DNA from: Alphaproteobacteria bacterium
Lineage (GTDB): Bacteria; Pseudomonadota; Alphaproteobacteria; Rs-D84
DNA length: 64,000 bases
Assembly: GCA_009777955.1 (NCBI GenBank)
Contig: WRKW01000002.1
Coordinates: 5,294-69,293, forward strand
Direction: 5' to 3'
Positions 56,678 through 64,000 of this stretch are shown piece by piece. The translations under genes were made by a program, and so were the position numbers. Below the pieces are notes generated by a model that searched no databases, was not told where the DNA came from, and was given only the letters and a program-made list of their open reading frames with translations. Within the stretch, counting starts at the first letter, position 1; each line of letters begins with the position of its first letter.

Positions 56678-59158
56678 GTGAGAATAAAACATTCATTTTT
56701 TGCACTATTGTGCGCCGTGCCGTTTGTTGTGAACGCTGCCCCGGCTCCCAATCCCCGCGCAACCGGCGATCAATCGGTGCGCCAGTCGGCCGACACGGCC
56801 GCACCGTCATCTGCTACGATTCGGAAAAGCATGCCTTCGGATTATGTTACCCGCTCTTCTTCTCGTACCGCTGTACAGCCCCGTGCAACTGCAAACCCCG
56901 CAGTTCAAAGTCGTGCGGCGGCCATTGGTGCCACGGCAAATCGTGCGCAAATGCCTTCGACCCAACCGGTAATATCGCGTCGTGCGCGATCTGCAACAAT
57001 GATGCCAGCCGGGGGTCAGGTTTCCCGCGCCGCTACATCGCGTTCTGCCGTTAATCCTGCGATGGCGCGTTCCGCCACTATGCATGGTGGTCGTGCCGGT
57101 ACAAATCTTTCCCGCGCCGGTGTTGCGCGCGCGCCAACCCCGATATTCGGCGATATGTCCAAAATGGGGGGGGCTTATGCTGCGTGCCGCGAAACCTATG
57201 CCACATGTATGGATCAGTTTTGTGCCAATAAAAGCGATGTTTATCGCAGATGTATATGTTCTGAAAAATTCCGTGAATTTGCCGATACGGAAGACGCTAT
57301 AAAAACAGCCCAAAATATGTTAAGTAACTTTGAAGACGAAAACCTTACTAATGTCAGCCTGTCCGCAGCAGAAGCGGCCAGCCAGTACCAAGCGACTGAG
57401 GGCGAAAAAGCCGCCGCGAAATTCAAAGACAAATCCGCCGCCGCGAAAATGCTGGAAAACATAGGCGATATCTTGTCTGGTAAAAGTAAGCCGGACAAAG
57501 GGGGCGCATCGAAAATATTGGCACCGATTAACTTTTCCGCCGCGATGGATGATATCTGGGGTGGTGGCGATACTTGGGGTTCCAGCAGTGGTCCGGACGT
57601 AGCAGAAATGGAGGGCAAGGCATTGTATGACGAGGTTAATCGCCAATGTTCCAATATGGCAAAATCAGCATGCGAAACCGAAGCGAATTTGCAGATGGTG
57701 CGCAGTGCATACGGGATAATGGTGGTTCAGGACTGTAACGCATACCAGAAAGGTATCAACACGATGCGTGACAAGGTTGTAGAGCGTGTGCGTGAAATGA
57801 ACGTTGCGTTACGCAATGCACGTCTGGAAGATTATCGTTCGCACAATTCGGCATCGGTCAATGAATGTATTGCAAAAGTTCGTGCGGAAATACTTCAACC
57901 GACGGCTTGTGGTCCGAATTGGGAAAGATGTCTGGACTTTACCGGAAACTATATAAACGCAACAACGGGCGAGGCTATATTCTCTATGAATTTGTTTCAG
58001 TTGTCCAGCCTTATCAATTTACCCGATCTTGGTGCCAAACCTGATCAGGTTACACAAAGATATCTTTCCGAACTGGATGCATTCAGGGCAAAAGGTTTTG
58101 TAAAGGGACCACTTGACAGCTGTCGCGATGATGCAGATAATGTGTGGAATTCTTTCAGAATGCAGGCACTTATCGAAATCGCCCAGGCTCAAGATGCAAA
58201 GATAAAACAAGTAAAGGATAGTTGTGTTGCGACCATGAAAGAATGTTATGATACGACTAGCGACGGTTTAAAAGATATGGACGATACTACTGCGCAAATG
58301 TCGGGTGCGTTGTCCGCGCGCGCGGCGAAACAGATGTGCGCGGACAAGGTAGCCGGTTGCGCAAGTCTTTACTTTTTGCCAAGTCCCGGAAATCCGACAC
58401 CGCGTGCATGTGAATTCGCAGCCAATGGAACCATTACGAATGCCCAAAGTTGTGGTGCGGCGGCTCTTATTGCCTTTGTATCGGCGGTAGACGATATTAA
58501 AATTGAAGAAGGTTGCAAGATGGCTTTGGAAAATTATGTTCAGGATCTTTGCCAACCGGCTTCGGGCGCGACGGGAAGAACTTGGCCGTGGGGATGCGTG
58601 TTGCGGGGGATATGGGCAGAGGGTGGAATTGTCGATATGGTTATAAGGCGTGCCAACGATGTATGTTTGGATGTGGCGATGGAAGAACAGCCATATAGAT
58701 ACAGCTATGACAACGATAGCCCAAAATTGATGCAGGGAGATAAAGATTTGACGGACAGTGATGAATATAACGCCAGCGGAGCCATGATTAGTGAAGTATT
58801 AGAGAGAATAATCGACGATATCGAGGGTTCGCTTATCTCGCAGATGCAAAAGGAATGCGATACTGTCGGTGGGGTATGGTTACCGACATTGGGGGGGCAG
58901 ACACTGGATCCTACGTATAAAAACAATGTTTATGGTGGAAGAGAACCGCCAACTGGCACAGTTGGATTCTGTGCCGAGAATAGTACAAGGTTGTTATGCG
59001 AAGTATTGAACGAACAAACGGGTGGTAGCGGACTTGTAACATACAGCAGTGCTGGTAATGAATGTGTGTTCCAAGCGGACTATTACAAATATCGTTGCGA
59101 AAACGATATGGGCGGAATATGGCAGGACAGCAACTGTTATGTGCAACCATTGCAATAA
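56678..59158 (+). CDS. Large Cys-rich secreted protein (826 aa), GTG start
   Basis: Signal peptide AVPFVVNAAPA. Ala/Arg/Ser-rich low-complexity region. Then a domain with more than 30 Cys. Confidence 0.55.
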   Translation: MRIKHSFFALLCAVPFVVNAAPAPNPRATGDQSVRQSADTAAPSSATIRKSMPSDYVTRSSSRTAVQPRATANPAVQSRAAAIGATANRAQMPSTQPVISRRARSATMMPAGGQVSRAATSRSAVNPAMARSATMHGGRAGTNLSRAGVARAPTPIFGDMSKMGGAYAACRETYATCMDQFCANKSDVYRRCICSEKFREFADTEDAIKTAQNMLSNFEDENLTNVSLSAAEAASQYQATEGEKAAAKFKDKSAAAKMLENIGDILSGKSKPDKGGASKILAPINFSAAMDDIWGGGDTWGSSSGPDVAEMEGKALYDEVNRQCSNMAKSACETEANLQMVRSAYGIMVVQDCNAYQKGINTMRDKVVERVREMNVALRNARLEDYRSHNSASVNECIAKVRAEILQPTACGPNWERCLDFTGNYINATTGEAIFSMNLFQLSSLINLPDLGAKPDQVTQRYLSELDAFRAKGFVKGPLDSCRDDADNVWNSFRMQALIEIAQAQDAKIKQVKDSCVATMKECYDTTSDGLKDMDDTTAQMSGALSARAAKQMCADKVAGCASLYFLPSPGNPTPRACEFAANGTITNAQSCGAAALIAFVSAVDDIKIEEGCKMALENYVQDLCQPASGATGRTWPWGCVLRGIWAEGGIVDMVIRRANDVCLDVAMEEQPYRYSYDNDSPKLMQGDKDLTDSDEYNASGAMISEVLERIIDDIEGSLISQMQKECDTVGGVWLPTLGGQTLDPTYKNNVYGGREPPTGTVGFCAENSTRLLCEVLNEQTGGSGLVTYSSAGNECVFQADYYKYRCENDMGGIWQDSNCYVQPLQ

Positions 59159-59180
59159 TAGAACCAAGGATAAAAATGGT

Positions 59181-59987
59181 ATGATGAACATTGCCCGGAT
59201 TTTTGTAATCACTGTTATAATGACAGTTGGCACACCTACTGAATCTAACGCTTTTCTGAAAAAGGCCTGGAACGCTGTCAAAACCACTGTTGCCAATGTG
59301 GTCAGTGTGGGTGGTTTAATCAGCGTGTGTAAAAACAATGACTTTACTCATGCCGGTGAAATGTGGTGCTGTGACAAGACTGTAAGCAGCGGTTGCAAAT
59401 ATAACATCAAAAATAATGAATTTGCGTTTCATGAATTTCCCAATATGCGTAAATGTGTTAAAAAGACTGGGTGTAATCAATTTGATGATCCGGCAGAGAG
59501 AATTTGCGGTGGAAAAACATTGGCGGAATATCAAGGGGAAACAGTATCCAAAGGAAGTGGTTGTTGGGATTGGACACCGAATACGACGGGTGGTCCCGAC
59601 TCTGCTGCTGGTGGTTCTGGTGCCGCTGGTGGCGGTGGTGGTTCATCTGCTTCCCCAGAGGATTGCACGGAATTCCAATATTGGACAGGCTCGGCTTGTG
59701 CCAATAAAACTTCTGTTTCCCTTGCGAATATGCAAAGTTGCAGAAACGAGAGAGAATTTGTAAATTGCGTAAGTCAGCACATGAAAGGCCCACCCGCCGC
59801 AACTTTGCCGACCAGTACCGGAGCCAATGGGTGCCCTTCGAATTCATCCCCTGACTCCAGTTGTGGCAGACAAACTGCTATTGGGTTTCTAAAAAAATTA
59901 AAGTCTGACTCGGGTTGTATAAGAAAGGGCGGTTGCAGATGTAATTCCGGGTATAGGGCATTTTTAAACGCATGCAGACCTGGTTAA
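59181..59987 (+). CDS. Cys-rich secreted protein (268 aa)
   Basis: RBS AAGGA. Signal peptide. Gly-rich linker. Many Cys. Confidence 0.5.
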   Translation: MMNIARIFVITVIMTVGTPTESNAFLKKAWNAVKTTVANVVSVGGLISVCKNNDFTHAGEMWCCDKTVSSGCKYNIKNNEFAFHEFPNMRKCVKKTGCNQFDDPAERICGGKTLAEYQGETVSKGSGCWDWTPNTTGGPDSAAGGSGAAGGGGGSSASPEDCTEFQYWTGSACANKTSVSLANMQSCRNEREFVNCVSQHMKGPPAATLPTSTGANGCPSNSSPDSSCGRQTAIGFLKKLKSDSGCIRKGGCRCNSGYRAFLNACRPG

Positions 59988-60080
59988 TTCGCATCACCCG
60001 CGCTGTTGTAATATATGTGTCAATAATATAATGGCAACTTCGTTGCCGTCCAGGTTAAATTCTATCCACGAGATTATTCG

Positions 60081-61310
60081 CTATACCGCTTCCGCTATAA
60101 AACGTGGCTCTTTATCCGGTTCAATATCTATCAGTTTCACATCTATTATACTGCGCGCTGGAATTATTTCGCCCCTGCCCCCGTTGTTGACGATCTTTAT
60201 CGGTACATCATGTGTGTCACGCGCGATGTTATTTTTTTCAATCAATACCGAAACCGTTCGACCAACTTGTTCCCGCATAAATTCCAGCATATTTGTCCGT
60301 GTCAGTTCGGTAACTATGCGAACGCGGCGTTTTGACTCTGCCGTATCAATTTGATTTGGCATTGTCGCGGCCGGTGTTCCCGGTCGCGGACTGAATGGGA
60401 ATACATGCAGACGTATCGGTTTTAATTCGTTGATAAGTGCACAGGTTTCATCAAAATATTCTTTTGTTTCGCCCGGAAACCCGCAAATCAAATCCCAAGA
60501 AAAAGACACATTATCCGCATATTTCATCAAATCCCGTACCATTTGTGCATTGTGCCGACGACCCATGCGGTATAAAATCGCATCGCTTCCGGATTGCATC
60601 GAAAGGTGCATGTGTGGCATCATCCGCATATTTTCGCGCATCATATCGGCCAATGGTCGTAAATCTGTACCGGGATCCAGCGATGACAGCCGTAATCGCC
60701 GCAATGTCGGGATATCGGCCAGCAATTTATTACATAAACCGGAAAGCCCGAATTTGTTGTCATCCTGCCAACTATATCCCGCGATGTCCACCCCGGTAAG
60801 GACTATTTCACCGTATCCATTGTCCGTCAACGCGCCGGTTTGTGCCAATATCTGTTCGTATGGAAATGATACATTACGACCGCGCAACCGACTTACTATG
60901 CAATATGCACAGGAATGATTACAGCCATTTTGAATCTGGACGAAACCTTTTGAAAGCGAAGAATGGCTGGAAAGAAGCGGTGGAATTACATCACAATCAA
61001 TGCCATAGGCCTTGATATCCATCTTGTCTTTATTTATGATTACCCGTGTTACACCGTCGATTGCCCGAAAATCATCCGGTGCGCGTGTTGCGGCGCAACC
61101 CGTTACAAATAACATGGTGCCCGGGTTTTCCCGTGCCAGCTTTCGGATTGCTTGTTTTGACTGACGCTCTGCTTCTTTTGTTACTGTACAGGTATTCACG
61201 ATAATGGCGCGGGATAACCCCGCTTTCATCAGCATCGCTTTTATCTTTTCGGCCTCCAAAGCATTCAATCGACAGCCCAGAGATATAAAATTTATTTCTT
61301 GATTTTTCAT
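60081..61310 (-). CDS. Radical-SAM methylthiotransferase, MiaB/RimO/MtaB family (MtaB-like, 409 aa)
   Basis: N-terminal MTTase domain (ISLGCRLN). CNHSCAYC radical-SAM cluster. C-terminal TRAM-like region. Confidence 0.85.
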   Translation of the reverse strand: MKNQEINFISLGCRLNALEAEKIKAMLMKAGLSRAIIVNTCTVTKEAERQSKQAIRKLARENPGTMLFVTGCAATRAPDDFRAIDGVTRVIINKDKMDIKAYGIDCDVIPPLLSSHSSLSKGFVQIQNGCNHSCAYCIVSRLRGRNVSFPYEQILAQTGALTDNGYGEIVLTGVDIAGYSWQDDNKFGLSGLCNKLLADIPTLRRLRLSSLDPGTDLRPLADMMRENMRMMPHMHLSMQSGSDAILYRMGRRHNAQMVRDLMKYADNVSFSWDLICGFPGETKEYFDETCALINELKPIRLHVFPFSPRPGTPAATMPNQIDTAESKRRVRIVTELTRTNMLEFMREQVGRTVSVLIEKNNIARDTHDVPIKIVNNGGRGEIIPARSIIDVKLIDIEPDKEPRFIAEAV

Positions 61311-61361
61311 TGTTGGTGGTGCATTATAGCGGGACTTTGGAACAATTCAAGAGGTTATGAT

Positions 61362-61754
61362 ATGGCTCGCATAACAAATACAGACACATTACCATTCGTA
61401 AGCAGTCGTTACGAACTGGGCATGCTTTCGGCACAACGTGTGCGTGATTTGAATGGTGGGGCGGAACCATTGGTTCCGGTCAAAGGTGACAAGCAAACTG
61501 TAACTTCCCTGCGTGAAATTGCATCCGGAAAACTGGATATTGATAACCTGCGTCATGAATTTATCCAGTCTTATAAAAATGTACCTGTTGCCAATGATAC
61601 CGAAGGCGCAATAGAATCAAAGTCCGAAGATCCCCTGTTGAAAGAAATCGATGTGGAATTGGAAAGCGCGATAGTCGAATCCGATGAAGTGATGCCCGTG
61701 GAAGAGATTGCTGACGAACCGAAAGAATCGACATCAGATTCCGTGGAAGAATAA
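61362..61754 (+). CDS. rpoZ: DNA-directed RNA polymerase subunit omega
   Basis: MARITNTDTL...SRYELGMLSAQRVRDLNGGAEPLV...DKQTVTSLREIASG. Confidence 0.85.
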   Translation: MARITNTDTLPFVSSRYELGMLSAQRVRDLNGGAEPLVPVKGDKQTVTSLREIASGKLDIDNLRHEFIQSYKNVPVANDTEGAIESKSEDPLLKEIDVELESAIVESDEVMPVEEIADEPKESTSDSVEE

Positions 61755-61760
61755 GTTTCA

Positions 61761-61850
61761 GGAGACGTCGCATAGCGGTCTAGTGCGCTCGCTTGGAAAG
61801 CGAGTATGGGGGCAACTCCATCGAGAGTTCGAATCTCTCCGTCTCCGCCA
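61761..61850 (+). tRNA. tRNA-Ser (anticodon GGA)
   Basis: GGAGACGTCGCATAGCGGTCTAGTGCGCTCGCTTGGAAAGCGAG, a long variable arm, then GAGAGTTCGAATCTCTCCGTCTCCGCCA. Confidence 0.9.
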
Positions 61851-61940
61851 CCAATTTTCGTTAATTTTTGCAAAGCAAAAATTTAAGAAAATTGAGTGCC
61901 CGCCGTAGCTTTAGCGAAGGCTGGGCTGTTGGAGCATCTT

Positions 61941-62039
61941 TATGTATTTTCAAAGTGAAATTCATCCTGATATTACATGCGTTGGCTATTCAACAGACCT
62001 AAAACAGCGTCTTTCAGAGCATAACTCCGACAGCAAATA
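61941..62039 (+). pseudogene. Truncated GIY-YIG nuclease gene remnant (32 codons)
   Basis: MYFQSEIHPDITCVGYSTDLKQRLSEHNSDSK* aligns with the N-terminal half of the 18918..19163 product (YIGFSSDLKQRIKDHNNGKS). A single-arm copy of the 19186-19289 inverted repeat sits at 61896-61920. Confidence 0.55.
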
Positions 62040-62046
62040 AGAGATT

Positions 62047-62994
62047 ATGGAAATGACTGCAACAATACACTTAATACATGGTTTTATTGGTTTTGGAAAG
62101 ACCACAATTGCGAAACAGCTTGCGCACGAATTGCCCGCCGTTATTTTGACCAATGATGATTTTATGGTTCGGTTATATGGACGGAATCCCCCGGCGGACA
62201 TGTTCCAAAGTTATTATAATCGTGTCGATGATCTAATCTGGGATTTGGCAGAGAAAATTATAAAAGCAGGAACCGATGTAATTATAGACCATGGATTCTG
62301 GACCAAAGAATCGCGTGGGGTTGCCCATAATCGGGCAAAGGAAATTACGGATAATGTTGTTTTCCATAATATTCAATGTGATATAGACACAGCCCGTCAA
62401 AGCGTATTAGAGCGCACAAAAAGAAACAGGTCAGAGCTGACCATAGATGAAAATGCTTTTGACTTGTTTTATCCACAGTTTCAACCGATAAGTTCAGATG
62501 AAAATTATGAAATAATAAACCACGATAATAATCTTAAAGAATGGAATTATGCCGTATACATTTTGCCGGTACGTGAAATTGATGGTAAAAAACAGGTCGC
62601 TTTATCAGTTTATAAAACTGAATGGTATTGTGCAATTGGCGGGCGCAAAGATGGTAACGAATCCCCACGTGAAACCGCCATCCGGGAAATGATAGAAGAA
62701 TTGGGCGACAGTGCAAGATCTGTTATGGATAATGCCATGGAATTTTCAAAGAAAAATATATGCAAGATTCGTGACATTTGGTTCCGTCGCGCAAAAAATG
62801 AAGAACATACATATTTTATTGCCCGGGTATCGGCGGATACGGAATTATCGTTTTGTGAAAAAGATAATCCGGGATTTGAAATTGAATGGTTGGATGTCGA
62901 TGCCTTGGGCGACGCAAATATAATCAAGTTGGATGAAGTGCGTGAATATTATATAGAACATATTATCCCCGCTATAAAATCTGATTCATTTTAA
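62047..62994 (+). CDS. Fusion protein: P-loop NTP-binding kinase-like domain (AAA_33/zeta-like) plus C-terminal Nudix hydrolase
   Basis: Walker A GFIGFGKTT with D-rich downstream motifs. C-terminal Nudix box GGRKDGNESPRETAIREMIEELG. Confidence 0.65.
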   Translation: MEMTATIHLIHGFIGFGKTTIAKQLAHELPAVILTNDDFMVRLYGRNPPADMFQSYYNRVDDLIWDLAEKIIKAGTDVIIDHGFWTKESRGVAHNRAKEITDNVVFHNIQCDIDTARQSVLERTKRNRSELTIDENAFDLFYPQFQPISSDENYEIINHDNNLKEWNYAVYILPVREIDGKKQVALSVYKTEWYCAIGGRKDGNESPRETAIREMIEELGDSARSVMDNAMEFSKKNICKIRDIWFRRAKNEEHTYFIARVSADTELSFCEKDNPGFEIEWLDVDALGDANIIKLDEVREYYIEHIIPAIKSDSF

Positions 62995-63062
62995 ACAATT
63001 TATCAGATTTTCCAAATGTTCGTTGGGCGATTTTCCGGCAACTATCACAAACCCCACAATTA
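62968..63062. repeat. ~95-bp direct repeat, copy 1 (second copy at 63599..63695, about 93% identical)
   Basis: acatattatccccgctataaaatc[t/g]gattcattttaaacaatttatcagattttccaaa[t/c]gttcgttgggcgatt... Confidence 0.85.
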
Positions 63063-63461
63063 GCATATTTGCTGTACAATCTTTTTAAGAAAATCGTCCA
63101 GTTTGCCATCATCTTTCCCAACCCAGCAATGGTCACAGTGTTCACAACTGATTGTGATATCGGGCAAATATGTCAATTGGATCAAATAGTTAATTTGCAA
63201 ATAACGATCTTTTTTATCTAATCCAGTGAATTCTTCCGAAATTCCCAAAAATTTGATCGGCGTTCCTTTTAAATCCACCCCGATTTCTTCTTGGAGCTCT
63301 CGAAATAAAGCATCTGTAATTTCTTCATGTTCTTCTACACTGCCACCAGGAAATTCCCAAACCAAGGGAAGAAAGTCTTCTGAGGCACTTCGCTGTAGAA
63401 CCAAAAATTTATCATTGTGAGTTATAAGTGCACAAGTAGATAATTTGGTTTTTTGGCTCAT
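63060..63461 (-). CDS. Nudix hydrolase (134 aa)
   Basis: Nudix box GGSVEEHEEITDALFRELQEEIGV. RBS AAAGGG precedes MSQKTK. Confidence 0.75.
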   Translation of the reverse strand: MSQKTKLSTCALITHNDKFLVLQRSASEDFLPLVWEFPGGSVEEHEEITDALFRELQEEIGVDLKGTPIKFLGISEEFTGLDKKDRYLQINYLIQLTYLPDITISCEHCDHCWVGKDDGKLDDFLKKIVQQIC

Positions 63462-63598
63462 AATTACCCTTTTGTTTTGCCGAATTGTATATTCGATTCC
63501 TTGTTTTTGCAAGTTTTATTTCGAGAGAGATTCAATTGCAAATTCAAAATAGAAGTGCAATATTCCTTATAATTAAAAAGCTACTAGATGTAGGTGAA

Positions 63599-63695
63599 CA
63601 TATTATCCCCGCTATAAAATCGGATTCATTTTAAACAATTTATCAGATTTTCCAAACGTTCGTTGGGCGATTTCCCGGCATCTACATCTTCGCCA
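63599..63695. repeat. ~95-bp direct repeat, copy 2
   Basis: See copy 1. It overlaps the 3' end of the APH-like gene. Confidence 0.85.
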
Positions 63696-64000
63696 ATGTC
63701 GTTCAAGGTATTGACCATCATCTGGAATTTTTGTCGTCGTGGTAAAAATTCATCACCGTTATCACCGTATCCGGATAATATGGATTTTGCGCCATCGCCC
63801 CAATAATAATGCATATCCCGTGATGGTTCAGCATAATGCGCCGCGCCAAAATCTAATAATCCGGAAATCTTTTTTGCGTCCGCATCAAACATCAGGTTTC
63901 CAAAGTGTAAATCACTGTGGCAGAAAACCGGTTGCACCGGATGTTCGGCAGAGAGCCGTTTATAATCATCCGCAGTTGCCATGATTTTCTTAATCTGATC
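63626..64000 (-). CDS. Aminoglycoside/choline-kinase-like (APH-family) phosphotransferase, C-terminal part (the gene continues beyond the window end)
   Basis: Brenner motif HSDLHFGN. DFG motif LLDFGAAH. Confidence 0.6.
   Translation of the reverse strand, partial: DQIKKIMATADDYKRLSAEHPVQPVFCHSDLHFGNLMFDADAKKISGLLDFGAAHYAEPSRDMHYYWGDGAKSILSGYGDNGDEFLPRRQKFQMMVNTLNDIGEDVDAGKSPNERLENLINCLK

Noticed and set aside
62975-63058. 26-codon minus-strand ORF MLIVGFVIVAGKSPNEHLENLINCLK
   Set aside because: It is not an independent gene. It is a duplicated 3' fragment of the APH-like gene created by the ~95-bp direct repeat, and is reported as part of the insertion-scar finding.

Overview
This 64 kb window looks like chromosomal DNA from an alphaproteobacterium-type genome of moderate to low GC, possibly a host-associated or endosymbiont-like lineage; that lineage call is inference from gene content and repeat structure only. 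Clearly recognisable housekeeping genes are ruvB, dnaK, pfk, the rpsP-rimM-trmD-rplS operon, tsaD, xseA, recN, addA, rpoD, dcd, bamD, murJ, rlpA, era, queA, galE, rpoZ, a MiaB/MtaB-type methylthiotransferase, and tRNAs Gly(CCC), Lys(UUU), Thr(CGU) and Ser(GGA). These are interleaved with accessory material. Around 13.8-19.4 kb there is an AT-rich island next to tRNA-Gly carrying HNH and GIY-YIG nucleases and several orphan ORFs. Two inverted paralogous modules (hairpin repeat, near-consensus sigma70 promoter, Cys-rich secreted protein) bracket the ribosomal-protein operon. There is a 1204-aa secreted tandem-repeat protein and a cluster of Cys-rich secreted proteins. A four-helix-bundle (23S-IVS-type) gene is flanked by inverted repeats. 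An OMP-decarboxylase/OPRTase fusion is present in the order OMPDC then OPRT. At the 3' end of the window, a P-loop-kinase::Nudix fusion, a stand-alone Nudix gene and an APH-like kinase are arranged around a ~95-bp direct duplication. A family of mosaic palindromic intergenic repeats (acggctct...agagccgt hairpin plus gaatgaataatgaataat and cgcgcaaagcgc modules) is scattered through the window and very likely doubles as transcription terminators. Two copies of a GIY-YIG-plus-inverted-repeat cassette, one intact and one decayed, sit immediately 3' of tRNA genes. No rRNA genes and no CRISPR array were seen. All functional calls rest on reading the translated ORFs and motifs by eye; no database search was possible.
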